Shown here in pieces: positions 25,581-39,600 of a stretch of 64,000 bases of DNA; the first letter of the stretch is position 1; the number at the start of each line of letters is the position of its first letter. The stretch is from Mizuhopecten yessoensis (lineage: Eukaryota). The translations under genes were made by a program, and so were the position numbers. Location of the stretch: assembly GCF_002113885.1 (NCBI RefSeq), contig NW_018408567.1:1434233-1498232 (forward strand), given 5' to 3'. The notes under the pieces are model-generated. The model was not told the origin of the DNA and did no database searches. It saw only the letters and a program-made list of their open reading frames with translations.

Positions 25581-28500
25581 TTACCAAGGACCTCTGTGTA
25601 AATCTTTCATTTGTTCATATTTGCCCTTGTTTTAGTTAGAGGTTTTCATTTGTTCTAACTTCTTCAGAAAATGACCCCTTTACATTATGTTAGTCACATT
25701 ACGGGTCAACGTCTTGAGCCAAAACAGCCAACACTAGTGTACCCTATTGGCATTCAGATCGGGGCTCGTAACACAGAAACGCTCCATCCGAAACTGATAG
25801 TACAAACAACACCCATTCAGATTTCATGAACCAGTCCGAAAATAATCAATAAAATTGAAATTCATATTATACCATAAGCAGTAATACTTTTTTATTGAAA
25901 ATTTACTTATAAATAGAAAAATATAATTGTTAAAACATTTAAAAGAAAATTATTAAAAGATTAAAACAAAAACATTTCCATATCAATTGTGCTCATATGC
26001 AGATACATTAACCTTGTAAAGATTCCGTCAACAGTCAATATTTCTGAAGTTCATTGACATCAACAACTTTGATTATATACATTCTAATCAAATGGCAGGG
26101 TTCCAGTTGTTTTACTATAAGCAGTGACTATACCCGAGGTAAACAAAGAAGGGAGGAAATATTATTATCGTTAGTATACCTTTTTTGTCTGATAGACAAT
26201 TAACGCAGGCATTCAACCGAATATATTCCTGGTGCGTTATTGGTTGTTTTCGACGCAGATTAGAACTTATCGCATAACTCTGTTCAGAGGGAAACAATGA
26301 TATAAGATATGTAAAAGTTTCAATGTTAATTCACAAGGTTCAACATTTCTGACTTTAAAGGAGTTAACTTTCATTAAGCTGTTTTGTTCACTTCTCCTGG
26401 TATTAGCTTCACCCAAGTCGTGCTTCACTTGTGGTTACCTCTGACGTAATTCGAGACAGGAATATATTTTTAAGGAAGTACGTATGTTTTATTTTTCATT
26501 CATGTTATTGTATCTTGACGATCAGGACACGGGAAACTGTAAAAATCTATATTAGAAATACATCCTCATTACTTAATTGGTTCATAATAATGGAAATGCT
26601 GACTGATTCGTAATTGTTGATGTCCTCCTAGACTACATTTGTTCCCATTTTTTGCTTTGAATGTTGGAGTGGATTTTGCATTAAGAAGAATTAACTAAGT
26701 TGGGTCAGTATTATGAACAATACTTCAAATATTACATCTACACGGTACGTAAAACTTACATAGGAATGCAATACCAAATTTATCAAAATTAACGTTATGA
26801 AAATGGCATTCACAAGCAATGTATGCTTAGAATTAGCATTTCATTGTTTACTAGTAATGTACAAAGTAGGCGTCCTCATTGGTATTCATAATGTAACTCC
26901 TCGGCGGAAGTAGCCAGGTATACCATGATAGACCGGAAGTTATGCAAAGTAGCCATTTTCATTGTATATCGAAGCATAAACATTTGTATAAATATGTCTC
27001 ACGTATTTGATTATTATAACAGTAAATTTAGAGGTAAATGAAACACTACATTTAAATTGACGCTGATGAATCAAAAACTGTAAAATTATTAGGTCTTTCC
27101 GATTATATTGATGAAAGTAAGCTTGTAAATCTTAATCAATATACTATTTGATCTGAATAGCTAATCTCCATCTACATTAAATGACAAAATCGCTTATCAC
27201 CGTTTAATTGGAATCATTACTGGTATTTAACGAACTGTGAATTTGTTGCACTATTTAGTTAGAATTATTGTTCAAAGAATAATCTGTACTGTCTATATTG
27301 CAAAACTATAGGCATAACTTTCAAAACGCGCCAATGACACTGCTCGCAAGAACGAACAATCATATGTAAAGTGTTCCAAAACACGAGGAAAGGGGTTTAG
27401 TGCCTTTTTTATAACGTTATAACATGGAAACTTTGATTACAGATAAAATAATTATACTCACACTAGTATTTTATGTATTCCCTACCAGAATATATCTCAA
27501 CTACATTGTATAAGGCAACGGCGAACCTTGATAGCCTTGACTGATTGTTTGTCAACAGAGTCGACCATCTCGTTACGTAAAATTAATCTCAGGATATAGT
27601 TCAGGTGAGTGCACGAATCTAATTTAATAACCATATGTTAGGCTATATGCTAAGAAAAAAGTCATTTCAGGGATTAACTATTAAAATGTTTAATAAATAA
27701 TGCTATCATTCATTGCTTTTTGGATGATTTGGTTAGTGACCATTAATTTCAGATAAATTTCTTTGTATTGTCATAGAAAGCGTGTCGTTAAAATAAGGTT
27801 ACTTTCAACCTTTTCCTAATTAATCCAGGGCCGTTTTTATTCCTATAAGCGTCAGACCCATTAAGTTGTTGTTTGTTTTTTGAGGATTTGAAGCCACTTC
27901 TGAAGCTGGGCCTGCTGAGTTGTTATCATGCACATTTTTGACGGCTTTCTTGCTTTTTTTGCTGCTTTATGTTGAAAAATCCTTAACCCCATGGATAATT
28001 TGTTCTGTGTCAATGTACATTTTACTAATGACACGTTTTCCCACTTTCAAAACTACATTGCCATTTTAATCACAGTTTGCAAATATATCTCCGGATTTTT
28101 AGAACTCATCTTGCTGCTATATTGATGTAACTAGCAGACGACAGAAGCTTCAAACAAGGGAGATAATTTATGAACAAAAAATAGTTCTCCCTGTCGGAGT
28201 GCTTGCAAATATGTCAGGCTTTCTGATTGGTAATTTTTCTTGCTAGTTTGTAATCAGTGTTTTGATTGTACAAATCAGCAAAAGTGATATATTTTTCACA
28301 ATATCATTAAGATAAAAAATATCACCTTTATAGAATGAATATATTTCAATATTTCACTGGTAGAAATGTAATAAAGCATTTTTTTTTAAATGTTTGATCA
28401 AGCGTTTTATAACATACGCAATGTTTTATTTATTACACAGTATACCGGATCGGTTCGAATGTACCAATGTTTGGTGTGAGGACCTGACTGATACCGACAC

Positions 28501-28599
28501 GTGATCTGGTACGTAGTTGTATACCGCTGCTTACACTACGTTAACCGCAGCAATACCACGGTACAGAAACAACTCTAAACAACTTGGAGGTCACACAAC

Positions 28600-31500
28600 A
28601 AGGCGAAGGGCCTCAACCACTGGGCCGACATTCTCATCGTCGTCGTCTACTTTGTCATCGTCATCAGCGTCGGTCTGTGGGTATGTATGCGTATTTGACC
28701 CTTGTAACGTTCCATCTGTACTGCCTTTCTTCAAACGGCCATAATCACGTTTAAAGAGTTCTAAGCAGCCAGCTTGTTTGTCTATACGTCGGTTTTAACC
28801 AATAACTGCCGTTTATTGTGGGGACTGTTCTTTTTCATCCTTAATATGATAATCGATTTATGAACTTATCAAATCACAACAAATAACATATAAAGGGTAC
28901 ATAAAATAAGGATTTATGCATTAGCAGGCCTGTTTTCCCTAGTTTAAAATTTATTTTAATGATGAGAGTCTATTCATGAAAAAAAAGCTGTTGATCATAA
29001 GATGATAACAGTAATGTTACGTCAGTTATTTGATTGCTTATCTTGAAGTTAGAGTAAAGGAAACGTGCAAAGGTCAAGACAACAGACTAACAAACACTGT
29101 ATATAGGAATCGCCTATGGCAATCTGATTTAGTAAGTTATACAAGTGTTGGTCTAATTCTGAATGTCATACCGACTATATACCTGTTACGTAGTCATTTT
29201 ACAAGTAAATTCATCACATCTGTGATGAGGTAGACATCATAAACATATCCTAGACAAGGTTAATAACATTGTTGTATTACTGATCTCAGTACAAGGGATG
29301 AGTTTATATGTGATGCGAGGTGTACATTTGACTGTTCTAAGATTTGGATTTCTTAAAGTATAAGTTGTTGAAGATAATGAATGGGGTGGAAGAATATCAC
29401 GGAGGTAAGAAAGGGTTAAATGTTTAATTAATTACTACATAAAATAATAAAATATAACATAGCTTTATTGTTTGTATATATTATTTTCCCGAACTAGTTT
29501 CGAAGTAGAAGGATTATCTGATTGCACCAGATGGCATTCGTTTGTGCAGCATCAATTTGAACTTGGTTCTAATTATAATCCATCGCCTCGTAAACATCCA
29601 CCTCATACAACAAAGACGTACTCAAATAAGTGTATAATAAACTATTTATATTCGTTCCTGATTTTACGATAATAAATACATTTCAACCAACGTAAGGCTT
29701 CATTTTTTTCGATGAGGTTTCACAAATATTTTCAATATAGTTATTCAATTTAATTTTGCTGCAAGAAATAGTCTCAGCTGTTTGTTGAATTTAAGTTTAT
29801 ATTTATATCGTCAAAAATTTACTGATATCAAGTTCAGATTCAATGCCTCATTGATTGCTGGATTTAAACCTTATCGTCTACGTTTTGCTCAAGTGTCATT
29901 ATTTTAAGGTCAATATTCATAAACAAACTTAAATATTTAACGTAAATTGTCTAAATATGTGATATACGTATGAATTGCAAATAGCTCCAAGAGTCTTCAA
30001 TAAGATTAATTAATTTGGAAATATGTGATATCCAAGTTTTACTTTCTAAACAAACAATGTACGTAGTAAGCGTGTCGCAACGTTTCAAGACCGATAGGTC
30101 CATTTTGTCAAGCTTGAAGAGGCTTACCAAATTATCATTAATATCAATTGAAAATGTTAAAGAACAGATCTAGAGCCCTTGGACAATCCAGTAGTTGTTG
30201 ATTTGGTATCTGACAGCACGTTATGTATGAAAGGTTGTTCAAAACTGGTGACAAATCTTCTTTTTTTTAAAAACTATACAATTATTTTCAAATCAATATT
30301 TATTCAAAAATTAATTATTGTTTAATTTTGCCAACCGTTTATTTAACAGCTATTAAACTTATTGTACTCCTATCCTCGTATTCAAAGTTCAACCAGAGCC
30401 CAAAAGTGTACAAAGTCTCTAACCGCAAACTTTATAGCAACTGGCATATTGTTCCAGAGATAATGGACTTTCACAAAATTTCGTCTTTAAATTTCCCGCC
30501 AGATTATACAACGTAGTTGACTCTATAGGTATATTATGTTCTTCTACATTTTAGTCACTTCGAAGACCGAACAGAGGAAATGTGAAGAGCTACTTCTTGG
30601 CGGGGAGGTCCATGCCCTGGTTTACTGTAAGTAAAGTCGACATTGTATTATAGTAAAGACCGTACGTGTGGTAGAACGCCGTATAACAATATATATCAAA
30701 TAATCTAAGATTTTAATATGAAATATGCTACTTTTGTGTCGAGTCTCACACTAAAGTATTGATGTATTCAGACAAGAACCTATGTTTCCTTGTATTTGAT
30801 CAGGTCGGGCGTCACTGTTCTCCAATAATATTGGCAGCGAACATTTCGTGGGCTTGGCTGGAGCAGGCGCGTCTCTTCGGGTATAGCCATGATCTTGTAC
30901 GTATGTAGGTATTAGAGATAGGCCTTGTTTAAGAAGAGTTGTGTTTTATTATGTTTATAATGGTTATATACTTAGTCTTACATGACGGGTTTGAAAGTAT
31001 GTATATAATGGTTTTATCTCTGGTTAACGAAACTCTTTGCAGTCGCTGTAATATTTTTGTGTCATTTATCGAGAATTTTATTTTTATTGTAGGTTATATT
31101 TCTGATCCTTTTATGTGGCTGGCTGTTCCTACCTGTCTACATATCAGCCGGGGTAAGTTAATGGCAGTTTGGACCTGTTTATTTATCTTTCTGTCTGACA
31201 ACATATAGGACAAGGCTGTTTTATGTTTTAGAAATGAATTGTTTTTATTTTACTTATAGTTTGAATATCGTCTAAGTTCATGTAATGACATGTATCGCTG
31301 TGTGTAATGTACGTGTGTGTTCGTGTGCTGGAAGCATGGTATGCTGGTGTGTTTGCCCCCCTGCGATCGCGAGGATCTGATATTGAATGTAAGAGTGCTC
31401 TAAAATGCTGAATGCTTAGCAGGGAACAACCACTATTATTTTTGATGACTCCGTATACCCCGTCCTTGGAATTCCTACATTAGTTGCCTCTCACAAGATG

Positions 31501-32318
31501 TAGTGGGTCCCAGTCGGTGTATTCTTTTTTCAATACCCGACCTACAAGGGTAAAACTGGACGATAATTCGTGATAAAATCAAGATCGCTCCCTACTTCTA
31601 TTTAGGTGTATACACTTCCGGAGTACATCGAGAAGCGCCATGGTGGACGGAAGCTGAGTACGTATTTAAGTTGTATCGCTCTGGTCCTGTATGTTGTCAC
31701 AAAACTGGCCGTGAGTACAAGACATGAGCATCGTATGTCAACTTGTCTAAGCTATACATCGTAAGATATTTTGAGACTGTTTCAGAATTTAGAATAACCC
31801 AATTTAAAATTTAAAAAAATAAATAACTAAAAGAACAGGCATTTTGCGACAAACAAACAAACACACCTGTCTCTTCATAAATGTAAGCATATTTTCCGAA
31901 TCCATGTTTATCCATATGACCCTCGGTTGAGATATGTACCTGTCAATAATTGTATTGCTGGTGATCACGTCGATTTACACCATCTTAGGTGAGACTGATA
32001 TACTCTATCTTCGGTAAGTGTTTTATACACCGTCTGTGGTCTAGGTAAGCATTCTAGGTGTCTATCTAAATAGCATTACCTCCTCATTTTGTCAATATAT
32101 ATAAAAATGATATAGTTCTAATGAAAATTGATAATTTAGGAATGGAAATAAATCGTGGTGATAGGCGTTGTTGTCTTTGTTTCGCTGTATTTGTTCTAAA
32201 ATGCCAGATAGGACTAATATTCTGTTCTATGTGACAGGTGGATGAACAGCAGTGATGGACACTGACACATTCCAGACGGTCGTCATGATACTCGGATCTC
32301 TCTCTATAGCAATTACTG
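28600..32318 (+). pseudogene. SLC5 (SGLT/SMIT-like) sodium:solute symporter pseudogene, N-terminal part only
   Basis: Exons ~28600-28680 (WADILIVVVYFVIVISVGLW), 30555-30626 (NVKSYFLAGRSMPW), 30804-30900 (SLFSNNIGSEHFVGLAGAG, frameshifted), 31093-31152 (GWLFLPVYISAG), 31606-31710 (VYTLPEYIEKRHGG), ~31920-31988 (stop) and 32238-32318 (G*TAVMDTDTFQTVVM). No later exons were found. Confidence 0.85.
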
Positions 32319-32560
32319 GTAAGACACACCACTGACGGTCGTCATGATACGTGGATCTCTCTCTGTAGCAATTACTGGTAAGACACACCACACCATTGAC
32401 GGTCCTCATGATACTCGGATCTCTCTCTGTAGCAATAACTGGTAAGACACACCATTGACGGTCCTCCTGATATCCGGATCTCTCTCTATAGAAATTTCTG
32501 GTAAGGCACACCATTGACGGTCGTCATGATAATCGGATTTCGCTCTATAGCAATTACAGG
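32275..32560 (+). repeat. ~60-bp minisatellite (5 copies) built from an exon 3' end plus splice donor
   Basis: Unit gacggtcgtcatgatactcggatctctctctatagcaattactg|gtaagacacaccact. Confidence 0.9.
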
Positions 32561-33662
32561 GATAATTTCTCGTGCACCGTTCATTAAATATCTCATAATA
32601 ACGGCATTATCTTCATTTTTGCTATTTTACACAAACTTGCATTTTGTCACAGACCTGTATGTTCACCCAGGTGTGAATATAGCACTCCTGTATGTTGAAC
32701 ATAGGTAAATCTTTACCCGAGGATAAGGCTTTACAATTTAGTACGAGGTTTTGACGGTAGATGTTGACTCTATTGTGTGTTACATAAATGGTTAAGAATT
32801 GTTACATACCGTCAATAAAACCATTATATAAAACTGTTTTATAAGTAACATAATCGTTATTAAGGGAATACACCACTCCTACTAAAACGCTTCTCAATAC
32901 AAAAACATATGCTAGGATACGTAGCATAAGTAATATCAGTCATATGTTTGGTTTGTCACAATTAAAACAACTGCATGTAGGTACGTCTTTTTTCCATTAA
33001 TATCCTAATTAGCTCTGCTAGACAGCGAAGTTTCAGATTAAATAACTTTCCGGTGATAATAATGGCTAACATCACTCAGAACACCATATTTGAATTGTGA
33101 GTAAAACAAGCTAAGATAAAAAAAAATAACAATATCTTTATTTGTAACTGTATTAACAATTTCAACATCATATTCATACATATTTTTGTTTATGATCGGG
33201 CTCTCAAATACACACAATCTTTAAGTAATGCTGAGCTACAGTGTTTAGTAATACTAAATGTTAATAAACTGACGCTCTCTACACTTTTCCTCCTATTTTG
33301 AAACACAATAATATCTTACAAGGCACATTTCGGTCACTTTCAACATTACCTTGTAGAAAACTTAATACAATAAGAGGAAAGTTAACTTTTTATATAAATG
33401 CATATACAATGAAAATAAAGTTGTAATTATATTTTGTGGAAGACAATGTTTATATCGAGGGCAATGAAGAACTAACCATTGTAAGATCTAAACTTTTTTT
33501 TCGAGGAACTGACCGGGAAATGGTTGGAGCAAATTAAATTTTCTGTATCTGTTCGTGACGTCTCGTACGTATGCCTCTGTATTTTGACGTTCCTATTTTC
33601 GTGACGCCTTGTGTGTTTACAATTGTTTTGTCGTGTCCATATGTTCGAGACGCCTCGTCTGT

Positions 33663-36600
33663 TTACTTCTGTTTTGCCATTTCCATTTGTTCGTGACGTT
33701 TCGTATGCTGGTTCATATGCACTATATCCCACTTCTTCATCCACGGTCCCTGAATGGTGGTGTCGAACTCGGGATCACATTCCTTGCGAAACAAATAAAT
33801 AGTCAGATATTCAGCAAGATATTCACCTAATTTGATAAAATTCAAATAAAAGAACTTAAATGAAAATGATATCGGTTAACAATACAAGTTCGCTATCGAG
33901 ATTGTGCTATAGGGATCACAGGGAAAAGACAAGAAGATTTGTTTATGTACCTGTGTACATTTTATGAGTCTATGCCTTATATACAAGCACTATATTATCT
34001 GAAATATAACCATCGATCGTGATCTCCAGCTCGAAACAGTATCAAAATATTTCGTTTCAACCATAAGCTCATACTGGAATATTTTCGATTTTCAGAATAG
34101 GTCCTAATTTCAACATTTGAGAAAGTTGATACAACCGAAACAAAACGAATAATATCGTCTTCATTTGCGTATCCGAAGTTACTAATAGAATATTCCCCTA
34201 CATTGAGGATGTGACAGAGAAATCTCCAACCCGGAGATGTGGGGATTGATTGAGGATCTACCGAACAATCACCCCAAGGGATAGAGATTGTTTCTGTAAC
34301 ATCCTCAAAAGCTTATGTTTCTCCTGTACGAGGCTATCTCCCCCTAGGGTTGACAAGCTGATCTTTCCTGGCTGAAACGGGAAACACCTTTGAAGGGTGG
34401 TAGAAATAAAACATAAATTAGTGATGTAGTACTCACAATATCCAAGTCCTTGACAGAATCCTTCTGCAGGGCGGTCCGATCCACGGCCACGAATGCGTCC
34501 CAGTCAATCTTGACATGAGGGTCAGAGGATGACCTCATCATCACGCCGTCCTTCATGTCCCAGAGGCCGTACGGCTTGTCAGGGCGCTGCCATCGCAGGT
34601 CAAGAGCCCAACGCACCTGCTTCGACAAGTTAGGCAGACTGCAAATATATTGATGATTCAGGATAAATGCAGCAAGGTACGCTAGAAATTTAACCATGCG
34701 GTTAGATAGACATCGGATATAGGCAGGCGTTTATTCTTGCTGCAGACAAAAGAAAAAAGCTTGGCAGTCTGCCGTCATCATTGTGATATCAAACGGGATT
34801 TAAATATATTTTGGTGGGATTCAAGCATAATCGTGACGTCAGATCGGATTGAAACATGATGTTAAGCAAACTTTCATCACAGTGATGAACTTAGCATTGT
34901 CCCTCTTCTTCTTTCAATAATAGCATCAGATCATTTGACCGAAAGTCACTGTGCTACGACAACATCAACCTTTCGTTTTTTATAAGCAATAACAACATGC
35001 TATGTCTACATCACAATCAGAAGACATCAAATGATATCCTAATAAGATGCACTGAACGATTTATACATACATTTTATCATTCGTCTCACCATCAGATTTG
35101 ACAGTATGTTCTTTTTTTAATATTTCGCTTAAATATTTTTTCATCTTTTAATATTTAAAAAATCAATATACAATGCCACTTCTTGCAACCTACCTTCTAT
35201 GTGGCGTAGCGTTGTTGAAAAGAAGAAATCCCCCGTATGGTATGGGGCACGTGACAAGGTCTCTGGTAATGTCAACACCTGGAAAATACAGTCACATGTC
35301 AGCTCCATTGGTCGAACACATGATCATATTCATAGTCTTTACGGGATGTATGAAGCCACCTAATGATGCCCAAACCTAACAATGTGTGATAATAGGATGA
35401 AGAAATATTGTGATATACTCAATGCATCTAGCGATTTGTGTATATAAAGAAGATATGTATTAATATATCACCTAGTGACTGGTGTAACGGATGAAGAAAT
35501 CTAGTGATGTAGATAACTAGCCTGTTGTGAGTGAGATGAAGATTTAAGGAGGTACGTACCTAGAGACTTCACCATTTCCTCCTCCTCCAACATCACGTAC
35601 CAGGTACCACCATAGCAACACTGATGCGTCGCGATTTTCCCTGCACTGTGAGCACCCTTGGCAACCTAGTGATAACCATACAATATTTACTTTTACTTCA
35701 TTTTCTTAGGTTTGAAGGTTGAAGTAACCTTTGTTATTTATGTATGGTATAACATATCAGGAAAAAATGCCTAAAGACATCTTCACGTTTATCCTAGATC
35801 CCTATCTTAGTTATGCTGATCGGTACGGTCAACCCCTTTATAGGGTAAAAATGGTATGTTTTTAAAGTATCTTTTAACGCGTATCCGCTGAACTTCATGC
35901 CGATATTTATAATGTACTTATACCAAGTATACCCACTATATGACGCATTTATATTAATGGTGTTGTTAATGGAAAATATTGATTTTGATTTTTCGTAGAC
36001 ATAAGTTAGATAGGTAGTTGTTTTTAAACAGAAGACAATCCTAATAGAACATTGGATATTGTGTTGACCCAAAATAGTACCTTATTCTTCCTCAAACACG
36101 TATTTTGAAATAGATGATAATTTTAATTTATAAGAATTGGAAAAATAGCTGAAAGCTAATACCAAACAACCCCTTTGCCTACCAAAGGTTCCATTATAAT
36201 AAATGGATAGCAAAGATAAAATAGATATGTATACGCATTATATCTTAAACGATTTTCTATTTCTGCATCTTTCAAATAAGTCAACTAGAGTAATTAAGCT
36301 TGCTCCGACTTATCTCACACACCAAGAGCAATTGGTACCTGCATGCCACCATTGAACTCGTCAGTATCCAATAGGGGTATCCAGGCCGTAGGCACCAAAA
36401 CCTTGTAGGAATCGTTATCAAAGTAGGCACTGTCTGTAACAACAAAACGCTATAGGTAGTCAATGCTCACCGTGGGCCTTGTATATAGCAGCGCAGTGTC
36501 ATAGTAAATCATAACTCAATTTTGTACTTTAGAATCTGATTAATTGCACAGTAGCTGCTAATCAATATGTCATTAAAAATATATATTTATCTTTTTTGTA

Positions 36601-39600
36601 TGTTTTACTTGAAAATAAATTTGATAATAAGTATAAATATTTAATATTACAACATATCCATTATCCAAAACAATGTAAGTGTGTTATGTTAGCATAAATG
36701 TTAATTTCTTTCAAATTACTAGAATAAGAAGACTTTGTATTTTTACTTTCGAAGATTAAGGAATCTGCCAAAATCAGCTATGTTTTGAAGTAATCCCAAC
36801 GATTTATCAATTGTCTGGTGGACATTGGATGAAGTTGTCCTTACCTTGGTGCCACGGGACGACTGTTGCCTCGTTCCGGGGTGTTTTGGTGCGGAGGTTC
36901 CAAACGGGGGATGAAGCAATATCAGGCCCTATCAACTGTTCTATGACGTTCAGCAGACGATCGTTAGACCACAGGTCACGATAGGCCTGATCAAACAGAT
37001 ATTGTCGGGGTGGTTTATGGAAATATCTTATAAGTCGTTTTGTTTCAGTATAATTGCTTTTTCGTAATGAACTATGTGATTTAGGTAGTTTATAATGATG
37101 ATTAGTTTCGTACAGCTTTTTCGGAGGAGGGTGAGGAGGATCATAAAATTAATGGGCAGCTAATCTCAGGAAACCTTTCTAATTTTGTTCAACAGTCTAA
37201 ATCATGAAATATAATCGTCAAATATAGAAAGCAAAACAGGGAGATAAACAAAACTATAAAAAATACATTTCAAAAAGAATATCTGCAATAACTTACTAAA
37301 TGTTTTAGAGTATACGATATGTAAAACATTGATTAAAATGAAGGCATTTGTCAATTCGTTATTTTTGTTTATTTATTTATTCATTTTCATTTTGTATTTA
37401 TTTTCTGATGAAGATTTAACAACGCATCGATATTTTGCTCAAAAAGTTTTAACATTAAATTTAAGTGCGATAAGAATTGCTAGCCATTTATTTATTTTGT
37501 GATAATAGAAATACAGTACAAATATACATGGTATCGAAATGGCTTTAAAATGTATATAAATAAATATGATAAAGCAATTTGATACGTTGCAAAGATGATG
37601 TTGAATTTTGGGAGTGTAGTTTAGATATATCATGCAGTAAATAATTTTAAATAAATTATGTAAAATTTTATTCATAATTCTATATAAATGATATATCATT
37701 AAATATATAACCTGGGGTAGCTCTCCTGTCTTATGGAGGATGACATTGGCTCCAGGAAATTCGGTCTCAATCTTTGTTAATCTTTCAAATAATCCATATT
37801 CCTTATACAAATCTATAAAGAGGTAATCAAATGTTTACGATAAACAATCGTTATGTAAACAAAAACATGTTAAAAAAAGCTGCCGTACTATAATAAAATA
37901 AATCTCTAGTTTTAATTAAGAATCATACTATGATACAAAATAATAGTTACAATAAATATTCGTTTGGATTGTTTACAACTTAAAACCCACATGAAGTTAA
38001 CAGAATATCAAATAATATCATGGCAATTAGTGCCCCATTGATATTCTCCTTCAAACCGTACTTATTGAATCGCATATGATATTTATTCAAACAGTTTATA
38101 TTTTGGAACTTATAGTTAAATTTGTTCTTTTGCATCAAATATATTTTAACATTCAAAGACATAAACTGACGACGAAAAAGCAAAGACAAATCAAAGCGTT
38201 GTTATTAGATAAAACCCGCGATGTCTAACTCAGTGCCATTGATAAGGCTTAAGCGTCGAATATTTTCCGAATCAGGGGATGTACTTTTGACAAAACATTA
38301 TGAATAGTCTTCAATAATAATATTTACCAATTAGGGACATACAATGGCATACCAACAGACAGAGCATTAAATATAATCACCACATAATACGTAACAATGT
38401 ATTAGTACAATGTACCTTTATTTTGTCTTATCTCAGCTATCTGTGGCCGAACTAATGGAAAGATGTAACTCAAACAGAAACAAACAAAAAAACTTTTTTG
38501 ATGGCCAAGAGGGACAGTTATTAACACCAAAGTTGATAAAAATAATAATAATCATGATAAAATATAACAAAATATATACCCCCGCTTAAATACACAAGAA
38601 CATATGATGAAGTTTAAGTCGACACAGAACGATAAAACCAAGAATCAGGACGATTCCAAATCGGTTAAAGACACCATGACTCCCACAAGAAGTACTAACT
38701 TTCCAGGAGGATGACCATGTACCATATGCGCTACCCGTGGTTTCTTACGTTTGATTTTCCCCGCCGAGTGTAGTTTCTGGGCTAGCTTTTCCACCAGGTT
38801 CTCTGTCGCCACTCGCACAGCGTCCAGCTCTGCTTTTGAAAAGAAGTCTTCCACAATCAGGTAACCCTGCATCATATACATATATTTCAAAGTTCATTCA
38901 CAGCCAATAACAGTCAGACCTTTGCAAACTTAAAAGCTGGATAACTGTTTTGCATTGGGCTTTTTCCTCATTAGTGTTATCAGTAGAAATTGCGAATCAT
39001 AGGTTGGTTTTTTTGCTTAGCTTGCAATAGGGCCACAGGTTTGATAATTTCCCATGGTATGTTATCCTGATAAAATACTAGCCGCTTCATACCGGTTCGG
39101 CTAGGGAGAATACCTCTTTGGTTCATTCGGTAGAGCGTCGTTCTAGTATGCCGGATGTACCTGGTTCGATTGACAAGGATGACAGATAACCTCTATTACA
39201 GTACCAAATATCATAAAATCGAGAGGAATGGAACAGTGTAAAGCAGAGTCGAATGATGATGGGGTAACATTGTTTTTTTTTTATCCTAAATATAATGTTA
39301 TGAGCCTTGTATTTTATATACAAACCCATAGGTATATAGGTCTCATAGGTAATAACGACAGTATGATCCAATATTGGCACTGGATCCCAACTAACAAATG
39401 TTGGTTGGATGCGTATTACTTATAACGACAGTGTAGACAAAGAAATATGTCACATTTTCAGGACGATCTGCCCCTTTATCAAGACAGGAACATGAAAATT
39501 TACATATCGCATCTTATTATATTTATTATTTTCAGTTTATTTGCCAACTTCTAATTATTTGAAAGACCGTTGGCTCACATTCTGTGCCCTATACTTGACC

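Noticed and set aside
20900-27000. Many 60-130 aa ORFs in AT-rich intergenic DNA
   Set aside because: No motifs or splice support apart from the Penelope fragment; consistent with chance ORFs.
27055-27135. Hammerhead ribozyme-like ctgatga-atcaa...ttgat-gaaa
   Set aside because: Stems I and III and the UH site do not pair properly; at best a decayed Penelope-derived relic. The same applies to 30075-30115 on the minus strand.
39111-39180. Functional tRNA-Thr(AGT)
   Set aside because: The T-arm and acceptor stem do not pair; treated as a SINE head or pseudogene.
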